A stretch of DNA of 64,000 bases from Octopus sinensis. Lineage: Eukaryota. Under the pieces are notes generated by a model, which did not search any database, was not told where the DNA came from, and saw nothing but the letters and a program-made list of their open reading frames with translations. The stretch spans positions 31,000,001 through 31,064,000 of the forward strand of contig NC_043007.1 of the NCBI RefSeq assembly GCF_006345805.1, given 5' to 3'. Shown piece by piece: positions 25,201-38,211 of the stretch; position 1 is the stretch's first letter; each line of letters opens with the position of its first letter. The position numbers and the translations under genes are program-made.

Positions 25201-28200
25201 CAGCAGACGTTAACTATGGGGAAACATTGAGTACCTTACGATATGCAAACAGAGCAAAGAACATCATCAACCGACCAACAATTAACGAGGTGAGACTTAT
25301 TATCAAATCCTTTTGAAAATAATTTCAGAATGAATAATTATATGTAATTATCCCTGCCCCAACTTGCCAGCCGCCTGACTGGCTCCTGTGCCGGTAGCAC
25401 GTAAAAAGCGCCATCCAAACATGGCCGATACCAATGCCGCCTGACTGGCTCCCGTGCCAGTGGCACATAAAAAGCACTCCCTACACTCTCATAGCTATCT
25501 CTGTACAAACTGTACTCACTTTGTTTTTAGAGACATAAGAAGGGATTATCCTAAATACTGTTTCACTAGTTTATTATTATTATAGATTAAGCATTCTCAA
25601 GCGATATACTGTCTCTGTTTTCCAGGATCCTAATGTCCGTCTGATTAGAGAACTCCGTGCTGAAATTGCTCGTCTCCGTGCAATGCTGGGTGGAAATATT
25701 GTAAGTAATGAAACCAATAGATTTCTCCAATTATTTCTCCATTTGCTAATGTTTTTTATTGAAGTTTGTAATTTCTTTTAATTTCTGGTAAATGTTGTAA
25801 TTTTCTTCAAGGTCCATTTATCTTAATTGGTATTTTTTTTTGGGCTTATCTAAAATGTAATTTTATTTTATAACTGCATATATCAACCCAATAAATGTAT
25901 TCGTGATTGTATGCTTTTATGTTGTTCCAAATAATATTTATTGGGTTGATATATGCAGTTATAAAATAAATAGGGTTCCTCCAAAAAATCTCTGGGTTAA
26001 CGTTATCAGGCATTTGCCATATCCTGAACGCCTTACTTCCCTGGGCATGGACACATTGAAACTCCGACGTCTGGCAGCTGACTTGGCAGACACCCATAAA
26101 ATTATTAACCATCTTACAAACAAGAACTCTGAGCACCTTTTCAAACTCCACCTGTCTAACACCCGTGGACATATTTACAAAGTCAGAAAACAGCACAGCT
26201 CCTTCCATGACTTTCGGAAACATTTTTTCACGCTAAGAGTTGCTGAAGCATGGAACAAACTGCCGGCATCAGTTGTTAGTTGTCGGAGCACTGCATCCTT
26301 CAAAACTTCCATGCTTCCTGAGATTCGCCAACACTACACCTGATTTTCTCCCCTCCATACACACACAAGCATGTATTTGACTCATACACTGTTCACTTTC
26401 CAGACATTTGTACATTACTGCATATGCTTTATACGCACTTTTGACAAATTGTGGTGCACCTGAGCACTGTATACAATAATTTCAGTGTTCACAGTATGGA
26501 GATCAGGGATTCTCCCCAGGTCAAGTCACTACATTTCCATATTGAGAAGTCCCAGCTACAATGCTACAGTCATGGGATTAGAATGTTGCAGGAAAGAATT
26601 ACAAGACATTCTTCAAGCCGAACCAACTGGCAGGAGATTTATTGGTAGAGCAAGAACGAGATGGTTGGATAATTAGCCATTGTCCCAGTTAGCAACACTT
26701 GGGAATGGCAGTTGCTTGTGATAGGACCCTATAGGGGAAGAAATGCCCGAGGACTCTATCCCCACAACCCTCCAAAGAATAGTGGGCAAAGATGTATAAA
26801 TGGATAATAGTTATTATTTTTAAAAAGTGGAAATGATTTCAACCCTTGTATTACATACTATCAATCCATGCTAGCATGGAAAACGGACGTTAAACGATGA
26901 TGAAGATGATGCTGAGTCCAGCATTAATAATATATTTTTTCTTTGCTGTAAAATCTGAAAGTTGTTAACATAATGTTTGATGCATTGATCTAACAGAATA
27001 CAAATTTTCCTGCAATTTAGTATCACGTCATAACTTGATATTATAAATATTACTAACTTCTATTTAATCTTAAATTCTGTTGTTTTATGTTGAGTAACTT
27101 AGGAAAATTGTCTTTAATATTATTCATCAGTTAAACAGCAATTAAACTTACTCTAAAACTTGTGATTTATTGACTTGCAGTGTTGGTTTATTTGTTATGA
27201 TAGGGAAAGTTAATCTGTGATAGAGTGACATTCTAACCAGGAGAATATTTGATTCTCATCTGTCAAATATCTACAAAGTTAGTGAAGGAGATTGTGTGAT
27301 ATCTCAACTGGTAAATAGCCTAAGTCTTCCAGTGATGACTCAATCTGTTAGCAACCTTAGTCTTCCAGAAATCATATCTTGCTATCTTAAAAAATAATGA
27401 TACATTGAGTAATTTGATCCTTATTTACTGTGTTTGGGAAAAAGACAAGACAAGACAATTGTGGCCAGAACATCTTTCTGATACATTACATCATCACAGC
27501 TTAAACAGCAAAAGGTCCATGAAGAGATAGACTGTCTACATTTGAGTGAACTAAAGAGATGCATAAAAAATTGACCAAATGTTTTGCATCCAGTAAAAAA
27601 TAGTATAAATCAAGGATGTTAAACGTCAATTTTGGGGAAAAAAATAGAAATTTCTGATCTTAGTAAACTGGGACTCATCTAAGTAACCTGGAATTGGTCT
27701 AAGATGCCTAGAACTAAAGTAAGTTGAAATAATTGCAGGCAAGTTAAATGAGCTAAGCAAGTTGAATTGATCTAAACAAGTTGATCTGAGTTCTAAGCAA
27801 GTTGAATTGAGCTAAGCAAGTTGAACTGAGCTAAACAAGTTGATCTGAGCTCTAAGCAAATTGAACTGACTGAACAAGTCGAACTGATCTAAGTAGATTT
27901 GTTTTAGAATATGATGTAGAATAAGAACATTATCAAATATATTGTAATGAATTTGATTACATTAGAGTTAACCCATCCAAAATATCTTCTGTTTAAGGAT
28001 AACATCACGACACCAAAAGTGCAGGAGAAACTCCATGAAAATGAAGCAAGGGTAAGTCTTTTAATTACTTTTAGAGAAATGTGTGAATTCTTTGCAGAAT
28101 CATTGCATACTTACTGTGTTTTCTCCCTTTATAAGTATCGTAATATTGGTTTCAAATTTTGGCACATGCCGACAATTTCAGGGGAGTGGGTAGTTTGGTT

Positions 28201-29891
28201 ACATCAACCCCAGAACTTATTTTATCATTCCCCGAAAGGATGAAAGGCAAAGCCAACTCCAGCGGCATTTGAACTCAGAATGTAAATTTGGAAGAAATGC
28301 TCTTAAGCATTTTTTTCTCACACAATAGCAATTCTGGCAGCTTGCCACCTTTAAAAACAAAACAAAAAAGGGTCAAGTTACCTTCCCAAGCCATACCGTC
28401 TCATAAGGGCTGGTTTGTCACAAAATTACTCATTTTTGCCAGCTGAGTGGACTGGAGCCACATGAAATGAAGTGTTTTGCTCAAGAACACAACATGTTTC
28501 CCAATACAGGAATCAAAACCACAATCTTACGATCACGAGTCCCACACCCTAACCACTGAACCACACACCTCCACCTTGCTGCCTTTAAGTGTAGTAATAT
28601 TGATTTGTGTAATTTGCACCTGTATTCTCTCAGAATCTGTTGTCACTTCAACCCACCTTCCCCTCAGCAGCTTCTTTTTATTCACCTCCAGTTCTGCAAA
28701 TTCCTGAACTGAAGACATCACGTGTTGTTATCAACAGTGTTAGTTTACCTCCTCATCATTGGATACCCTACATTAATCAGTGTTTCTTAATCAATGTGTT
28801 AATTAATTGACAAACCAATGAGGCTATTATAGCCAACAACCAAGGTACTTATTACCAAATGGATTTTTTTCCACTGTGTCTTATTTTGTCTATAGACATT
28901 ATTCGATTGTACTGAATCCAGTGTATTTATTTTTCTCAAGTCCCCAGGATTCATAAGACCAGTTGCCCAGTTTCCGTGTTGTACAAGTGACTGAGATCAC
29001 AACAACACCTTTGAACAAGATGCTGGTCTGTTGCAGGGCTCAAAGCCAGAAAATTTGAGGGGAGGGGGCCAAGTCGATTACATCACCTCCAGTACTTGAC
29101 TGTTAACCCCAAAAGGATGACAGGCAAAGTCGTCTCCAGTGGGATTTGAACTCAGAACGTAAAGAGCTGCAAGAAATACTGCTAAGCATTTTGTCCAATG
29201 TGGTAACGATTCTGATGATTCTACCAGCTTGTTACCAGTTTATTACTGATACTTTTTCATCTCAGAAAGGATTAAAGGTCAAGTTGACCCTCACACCTTT
29301 TGGGTTCAAAATCTAAAGAGGCATCACTACATACTGTAAACCCCTTTTTGCCTACCAACCTTCCAGTCCCACCAATCCATCACTAAATACTGAATATTAA
29401 GGACTGAAAGCTCCCCAATTCTAATAATTCCCTGCTCAAAGTTACATGTCAGAATTTGATTTGTTTCATTTCTTTCTTTCTTTTTTCATTTACCTTTGAC
29501 AGGTGAAAGTTCTAACTGATGAGTGGGCAGGTAAATGGAAAGAAACAGCTTGTATACTTCAGGTGAGTTGAACATTCCTGTTATGACATAGTAATTGTGA
29601 TAACTTATCTAACTTGGGTTTTATATATATATACATATGTAGTTAAAGTTAATCCAAACATGAAAGCACAAAAAAACACAACAACGCAAGGACATGGAAT
29701 AAATATAGTATAATTGGATGCTCAGGAAAGAAAGGAAGAAGGAGGGTTTAACGTTTCGAGCGGAGCTCTTTGTCGGAAACATAGGAGTAGGAAAGATCCA
29801 GAGAAGGGAAGACAGAGGAAAAAAATCGCCAATGGTACACACGCAGTAGCCCGTGCTAGCATGGAAAATGGACATTAAAGAATGATGATGG

Positions 29892-29936
<45 letters not shown>

Positions 29937-30108
29937 TTATTATTTGACTTTTTATTAAATTTTATGTATTGATTAAGTCTTTCCTTGTTTGTTTTGCAAA
30001 ATAGTGGTTTTGTCTCTAATAATATTATATAATATTTTACTATAAAATTGGATTTAATCCTAAATCTGATTTTTCCCTGTAAATTTGGATTTATTCCCTA
30101 ATATTTAT

Positions 30109-30140
<32 letters not shown>

Positions 30141-33100
30141 TATATATGTACATATACACACACATATATAATAATAATAATAATAATAATAATTGTGTAC
30201 AGTGCTCAGGTGCACTACAACTCATCTAAAGTGTATATATAATCAGGTGTAGTTTCGGCGGATTTCGGAAAGCATGAGAGCCTTAAAAGATGCAGTGTCA
30301 TGGCAGTCAACAACTGACGCAGGCAGTTTATTCCATGCTTCAGCAACTCTGAGCGTGAAAAAATGTTTCCGAAAGTCATGGGAGCTGTATTGTTTTCTGA
30401 CTTTGTAGGCATGTCCACGTGTGTTAGACACATGGAGATCAAAAAGGTGTTCAGTGTTGTTGTTGGTGAGGTGGTTGATAACTTTGTGGGTGCTTACCAA
30501 GTCCGTCGCCAAACGCCGGAGCTTCAGTGAATCCATGCCCAGGGAAACAAGGCGCTCAGAATATGGTAGGTGTCTGATGGAGGGTATGCGTTTGGTTGCA
30601 CATCTCTGGACAGATTCCAGGAGGTCAATGTTCTGTGCAAGATAGGGGTTCCAAACTGATGATGCGAATTCCAAGTGTGGTCGTACCATAGCTGTATACA
30701 GTTTTAAATAGATGGCTGGAGAGCGGCTAACAAAAGACCTGCTGAGTGATGCCAAGACACCCTCGGCCTTCCTGACAATCTTAGAGATATGCTTTGACCA
30801 ACGCAAATCACTGCTGACAGTGATGCCTAGGTCACGCTCGCAAGAGGATTTCTTGATATCAGTGTTGTGGAGGGAGTAAGTGAACGCAGGGTTTTTCTCC
30901 CAAAATGCATGGTGGTACACTTGTCCACAGCCAGTTTCAGTTGCCAGTCTGTGATCCATTGCTGCATTGTGTCTAGGTCTGATTGCAGGAAAGAGTTGTA
31001 GACATCAGGATCTGTCCTCTTGATTTCAAGGTACAGCTTGATGTCGTCTGCATATTTCAATACCGTGGCATTCTTTAAATTGGCATCTATGTCGTTAATG
31101 TATGCCACAAACAAGAGGGGACCAAGGACAGATCCCTGTGGTACACCCGATGACATCTCATATGGTGTAGAGTGCTGTCCTAGAACTGTGACTACCTCCT
31201 TTCGGCTAAGGATGAAGGATTTCAACCAGTTAAAAAGGTCATCCCCCACACCCATTGCAGAGAGTTTCACCATAAGCCTTTTGTGTGGCACAGAGTTGAA
31301 AGCCTTAGCAAAGTCAAGGTAGACAACATCCACCCATGAGCCACTGTCAGTAATCTGAGTAATGTCCTCAAGGAACTCGACAAGCTGGTCACTGCAGCTG
31401 GAGTTAGGGACAAATCCATATTGTGAGGGTCGGATGAGACTGTGAGAGCTCCAGAAGTTCCAGAGTGTTTCTCTGACACACGATTCCATCAGTTTTGCAA
31501 TACAGCTAGTGAGACTGACTGGGCGATAGTTGACAGGTGATGTGCGGTCGCCCTTTTTGAACAGAGGAATGACACTGGCAGTTTTCCACTGCTCGAGAGT
31601 AGCACCATTGTTGAGACAGTACTGGAAGAAAATAGAAAGCTGGTGTAAAAGGAAGTGCCTGCCACGTTTGAGAAGCAGGTATGTAACTCATCGAGACCAG
31701 GGGAGGCATAGTTGCGCTTATTTTGAAGGTGACGTCGCAGCATTGCAGGTGTAAATTCCATAGTTGTTATGGAGTTTGCTGTTAGTGATGGTGAAGATGG
31801 TACATTTTGACTTTCAACAGTGAATATGTTTGCATAGCACTCGGCAATGAGTTCTGCGCATTCCTTGGGGTCGTCAGTGATCTGGTTTGTGTGAGGGTTG
31901 CGAAGAGGGCCCACTGGAGAGTGAGGTCTGCTTTGAGTGCACATATTTCCAGAAAACCTTGCTGTCAGGATTGGCTGCTATGCACTGTTCAAATTCAGCA
32001 CTGCTTTTTTTGTCACTTGCTTGAGATGGTTGGAGGATTTATTCCGCTTCTTCCTGTTGGTGTCTGATTTATGCAACCTGTATTCCCGTTCAGCAGTCCG
32101 ACGTTCCCTCCTGGCAAGTCGGACCGCTGAAGTTTCCCAAATTGCCCTTTGGGGCGGTTCTTCTTTTTTTGTTTACGTGGCACTGATGCTGCACATGCTG
32201 CCCATATTGAGTCCAGGATACTCTGGAGTATAGTATTCACATCTCCAGAGTTGTAGAATTCACGCCAGTTTGGGTGCTGTAGTTCAGTGTGGTACAGGTT
32301 CCAATCTGCTCTCTTCCAATCGAAGGAAGCAGATTGGAGATGGTTCAGGTTTTTGTTGCTCGCAAGAGCCAGATTGGCGATGATCATAGCATGATCAGAG
32401 TCACCTAGAGGTTCCTCCGTAGTGCAATTGATAACCGCTTCAGGAGTTGTGGTGAAGAGCAGGTCCAAGGTGTTGTCGCCTCTTGTTGGAGAGGTGACTA
32501 CTTGTGACCAGTTTGAGTCCAGCACAAGCTCAACAAAATCGTTTGCACTCTGTGGCCAATGGAAGGTCTCCCAATCGATCTCAGGATGATTGAAATCGCC
32601 TGCAATAAACACAAGTGGCTGTTTTCCTGGCAGCAGCTCGGAGGACATTGCAAAGCTGTGTGTCCCGATGGTAACTTGGGGGACGATAAACAACGCCAAG
32701 CAGGAGTGTTGACATGGTCATACGCACGTCACAGAAAAAAACTTCTTCTTGTGATTCGTTCAAATCGGCACAAGGAATTACCAAAAAATTTGAACGAACG
32801 TAGACCATCACACCACCACACGGCGGTTAGTGCGGTCCTTACGGAAGAGGTTGTACCCCGTAATGTTGAAAACCCCATCACAGAGTAAGGAATGCGCCCA
32901 TGTTTCCGTGACAGTGATGAAGTCAGGGTCAACACTTCTGACGTAGGCGTTGAACAAATGTATTTTGTTGCATAAACTGCGAGCATTTAAGGACAACAAT
33001 TTGTACCCTGCTTGCAGTTTATGATGGTGTGTAGAGGATGGCAGGTTGTTCTGGCTTAGTTTCCCTGAGTTGCTGTAGTCTTTTTAGTATTGTGGGTAGA

Positions 33101-35042
33101 GAGCACTCAGACCAGCTGGTATCTCTCTTCCACGTTTCAGCAGTCTTGACAAATCTCCAGATTTGTCCATCTTCCCGAAGACTGAAGCTTTCCTGTAGAG
33201 CTGAGTTCCTATTCAGGGAAGCCACTACACGTAGCTTCGGACGTACATCGGACGGTAAGCCTGGGCGTGTTCGGAAGGTGGTCCGATTTTCCCGCCCAGC
33301 TTTAACTGAGGCCAGATGGTAAGAGGTTGCCTCAGTGGGGTCCGTAAAAGACAACTTGATGAGCCTAGGTTTTGGGCCAGGTCGTCCAAGGCGGATAGCA
33401 CCCGTTGGGGGAACGCAGCCTAGGTCTTTGGCTGAGTTGGCAGCAAAAGCCTGAAGATCAGCCATGTCTTCTGGTACCCCAATGGCAATGACTTCATGGG
33501 TGGCAGAATCCGCGGTCTTAAATGCGACAAGAGGTACAGGTACAGGGAGGTTCTTTAGCAGAGCATTCCGATAAGACCCCTCATTGTGGAGTCCAACCTG
33601 AATGGTTGCTTTTATTCCTGCTACTTCCCCTTTTAAAGCACAGATCGATTGTTGCAGTTCTGCAAGAACCGCACTGGTCAATTGGTGTTGTTGTTGTTGC
33701 TGCTGTTGCTCTGGTTGTGGTTGATTTTGTTGTTGCTGTTGTTGTGTTGATGTTGTTGTTGCTGCTGCTCTGGTTGTGGTTGATTTTGTTGTTGCTGCTG
33801 CTCTGGTTGTGGTTGATTTTGTGTTGCTGCTGCTCTGGTTGTGGTTGATTTTGTTGTTGCTGCTGCTCTGGTTGTGGTTGATTTTGTTGTTGCTGCTGCT
33901 GCTGCTCTAGTTGTTGCTGCTGCTGTTGTTGTGTTGCTCTGGTTGTGGTTGATTTTGTTGTTGCTGCTGTTGCTGTTCCGCCTCCTCCACGGGAGTGGCA
34001 GGGGGAGACACAATCGTCGGTTGTGGAGGCACGCAGGCCTGACACTGAAAAGTCCAAGATTTAAGCTGAACCATCTTCCAGAGTCTATCCATCATAGCAT
34101 TATGATGGCTCTTTTTTTGGCCTGGGATCTTCTGAAAGTCCGTGGCACATTGGAGGCAGACAGAGATGAGACATGTCCCACATTCGACCCAGCGATTACG
34201 GAACGTATTTTCGGGTTCCGTACAGATGTGGCAGGTGTGATTTTCTGGGCAGTGTTCTATTTTAGAGCAGCGACCAGTCTTATCGCACGCCGCTATGGAT
34301 TTCACCATGGCGATTCTGTTGGTTCTAGTCATCCGTAGAAACAGAAAATGTAAACAACAATACGATAAAAGTAAAATATAAAATATTTGTTTTTGATTTG
34401 TTCTTTTTTGTGTATATTCCTTGTTCTTAAATATTGTGTGTGTATATACACATGTTTCGTTCTTTTTTGTGTATATTCCTTTTTTTCTTAAATATTGCGT
34501 GTGTATACATAAAAGTATTTGTGCGTATAGACACGGAGAAAGTTTGTAAACAGAAATGAAATTTATATACACTCACACACACAAACCCATATTCTGAACA
34601 CTTTACTTCCCTGGGCATGGATATATTGAAATCCCAATGTCTGGCAGCTGACTTGGCAGACACCCATAAAATTATTAACCATCTTACCAACAATAACTCT
34701 GAGCACCTTTTCAAACTCCACCTGTCTAACACCCGTGGACATGTTTACAAAGTCAGAAAACAGCACAGCTCCTTCCATGACTTTCGGAAACATTTTTTCA
34801 CACTAAGAGTTGCTGAAGCATGGAACAGACTGCCGGCATCAGTTGTTAGTTGTTGGAGCACTGCATCCTTCAAAACTTCCATGCTTCCTGAGATTCGCCA
34901 ACACTACACCTGATTATCTCCCCTCCATACACACGCAAGCATGTACCTGACTCATACACTGTTCACTTCCCAGACATTTCTACATTACTGCATATGCTTT
35001 ATACGCACTTTTGACAAGTTGTGGTGCACCGACAATAATTTT

Positions 35043-35073
<31 letters not shown>

Positions 35074-38000
35074 TTATTATAATTTTATGTTCTTTATATT
35101 GCTTGATAGGAACAAACAACCCTTGCTCTGAGAAAGGAAGGTCTTGGTGTTGTTCTTGATTCCGAACTTCCACATCTTATTGGTATTGACGATGACATCC
35201 TAAGCACTGGTATCATGCTTTATCATCTTAAGGTAACTTTTCATCTTTTTATAATTTAATTCTTAAGTTGTTAAACTGCTGACCGTAAATTCCCTAAACC
35301 ATTTCATAAACTCATTAATTTATACATCAATCAACATAAATTTTTTCTCCTTTTTCCAAAGAAATTTAGTTTGATCTGATGGTTTATAATGTATTGTTGT
35401 ATGAAGAAAAGTAAAAAGAAACCTGCTTCTTTCGTTCCTATAGGCTGGAAAGACAACTATTGGCAGAGGCGATGCTGAAGTTGAGCAAGATATTGGTGAA
35501 TATATATTATAGATCTTTAGTTTTTATTTCTGTAATATTTTTTGTTTAAATTTTATCACGATATATAATTTCAAACTTGCTCATAGGTGGCCTGAGATAT
35601 TGATAATTTTTTTTTTTTTTCCGCCAAATTATGCCAATGGAGAGATTTGGCAGGATTCTGGAGTGACTAGGCAACCTTTTCTAGAGAAAGCACTGCTTGT
35701 TTGTTAATCAAGAACAATCTAGAAAAGGTGGTCTAAACTTAATGTTGCTTTTCCCCAACCAAAATAACAATTCCACTGTTTCCACCTTTTGTCACTCTCA
35801 ACAGGCAAGGCCCTGAAACATTAACTCTAGCATTTAAACTGGTCATATCCAGCCCAAATATTCAAATATCCTACCTGTTTTTATGTTCAAACCTACCAGA
35901 TTTGGCCTCTCACGCCTAACCTACAATGTCATTCAAATAATAAACAATCGCATCATTGAAGTCTCAAAGCTACAAAATAACGCATGATTTATTCAAAACA
36001 ATGAATAAATAAGCTTTACATTTGGTGGAGTATTCTGAGTGCTAAACAGTCAAACTCCAGACTCCCACACCAAATGAACTTACTGACTTCTGTCAAACTC
36101 TCCTTCCCGATCAAAGAAATGATGCTCATTCTTAGAGTGACCGGTTTTGCTTGGGTGGTGGAGGTGGGGACGTCAAACAATTTTGTTTTTGCCATTTTAA
36201 TTGATTATTAAGATTTGTTTGGAAATTTAAATGACTCCTTATATTTTCTAGTGTTGGCGGGAGTGGATGTGCAAGCAGAACATTGTGTAATTGAAAATAC
36301 TGACAGTGTGGTCACTCTCTTCCCAATCAACAATGCCCTGTGTACCATCAACGGTGCTAATATCCAAGGTTCAGCCAAACTCACGCAAGGTATGTTACAG
36401 CTTTTACAATGTACATCATCATTTTTTAAAAACTTTTAACATCCACTTTTCCATGCTGGTATGGAGTGGACAAAGTTTATTGAAGCAGGTTTTCTATGGC
36501 CAGATGCCTTTCCTGTTGCTAACCCTCACCTGCTTCCAAGCTAGGTAATATTTCGTTTCCCCATAGTGAGACATAATTTTGCAGAATACTGGAAACGAAT
36601 AACACTGCTTGTATAAGAGTGACGTTCATGTATAACTATCATGTAATGCCGAGATAAGACAAAAAAAGAAAACACACACACAAACACTTGTACGTGCAAC
36701 TTTGAACTTGTCCCTGTCATGCTGTATTCCCACTCTAGCAGAAATAGCTTAAGCATCATCTCTGCTGGATTCCAGGTAAAACAATAATGAACAACATATT
36801 TAGAAAAGGAAGATACAGCCAATTCTGTCCATTCGTTTGCCTGCAGTTGTTACTCTTAAGCTTGATCTGCAGATATTTATTTTTGTGCTCAGGAGCCTAG
36901 GTGGAGGGTAAAGTTAAACACAGGAGCCCAGGTCTGGGATGGTCAATTATTCTACCATTCCACTGCTAAATTCAGTGAAATTTAGTCAAATGTAATTTTC
37001 TTTCTCAATGTGGTCAGTAAAGAAAATACCTGAAAATACCTGAAGACATAACATTCATTTTTTGCATGTGTATATTATTGCTGTGTATCATTTTTTTGAT
37101 GTTGATATCATAAGTGCTATTTATAATAGTCAGTATCACTCATCACAGCTGGATTGATTTATTGATCATTAGAAAACTGATTAAGGTTATTGTGCCATTT
37201 TTAAAGAAAATTTTTATCATGGATTGAATATATATATTTCATTTTTGGATTTGGTTTGCAAGATTCTTTATATGAGTTCGTGTGTTGAAGCATATTCTGT
37301 TGTGTCTGGGGAGAGTCATTTTCTTTTTTTGCCTTATAATTTAATACACTCACCGGTAAAATTTACACTTTTTTTTTCTTAATTTTATTTTCCTAAAATT
37401 TTCATTACGTTTTGCAACCTTTTCAATAGTTTTGAAATTTGGAAATTTTACCGGTGAGTTTGTTACATAATAAGGCACAAAAAGCAAATGACTCTCCCCA
37501 GACACAACAGAATATGTAACTCTTTTCTGTATAACTATGTACTACCCCTTAATTCAAACAGGAGCCGTAATTCTGCTGGGCAAAACCAATATGTTCCGAT
37601 TCAACCATCCTGCAGAAGCTGCAAAAATGCGTGAAGAACTAAAAAGTGTAAGTAGAGTTCTGCTTTTAAGCCACGGTAATTAGATTCATTGAAGCATTTT
37701 ATACAACTTAATTATGTCTAACAGTCAAAAAGCGAGAAAGCGTTTTAAGGCTTCCAACCTCTCTCAGTAGTCTCAGCAGTGCAAGAACTGGATTGCTGTT
37801 GCTTCCAATTCGGTTGCAGGACTAGCACTCTTTGGTAACCATAATTGGGAATAATAATCTGGCTGGCTGACTTCTATAGTCTTTCACTTAATAAGCTTGA
37901 CCTAAATTTGTGCATTTGGTTCGAAATTTCTTCAGTTCTGTCCTCCCAATTTTCTGTAAATTTTTACAATTTTTTAAAATGTACACCTAAGGATAGGCAC

Positions 38001-38155
38001 AGGCATGGCAGTGTAATTAAGAAGCCTATTTTGCAACCATGTGGTTTCAGGTTCAATCCCGCTGCACAATACCTTGGGCAAGTGTCTTCTGTAGCTCCAG
38101 CACAACTGTTGCTGTGTGAGAGAATTTGGTAGACACAAATCATTTGCAAGTCTCT

Positions 38156-38211
<56 letters not shown>

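Larger units (their letters stand above)
30170..34350 (-). mobile_element. Near full-length CR1-clade LINE (ORF1 + APE-RT ORF2 + short 3' UTR + (ATT)n tail)
   Basis: APE motifs [33 protein letters not shown] motifs [50 protein letters not shown]. The 5' boundary is uncertain (34350-34570). Confidence 0.93.

Noticed and set aside
33522-34338. Poly-Leu/Val/Ala/Thr ORFs overlapping CR1 ORF1
   Set aside because: They are alternative-frame readings of the CAG/CAA-rich linker.
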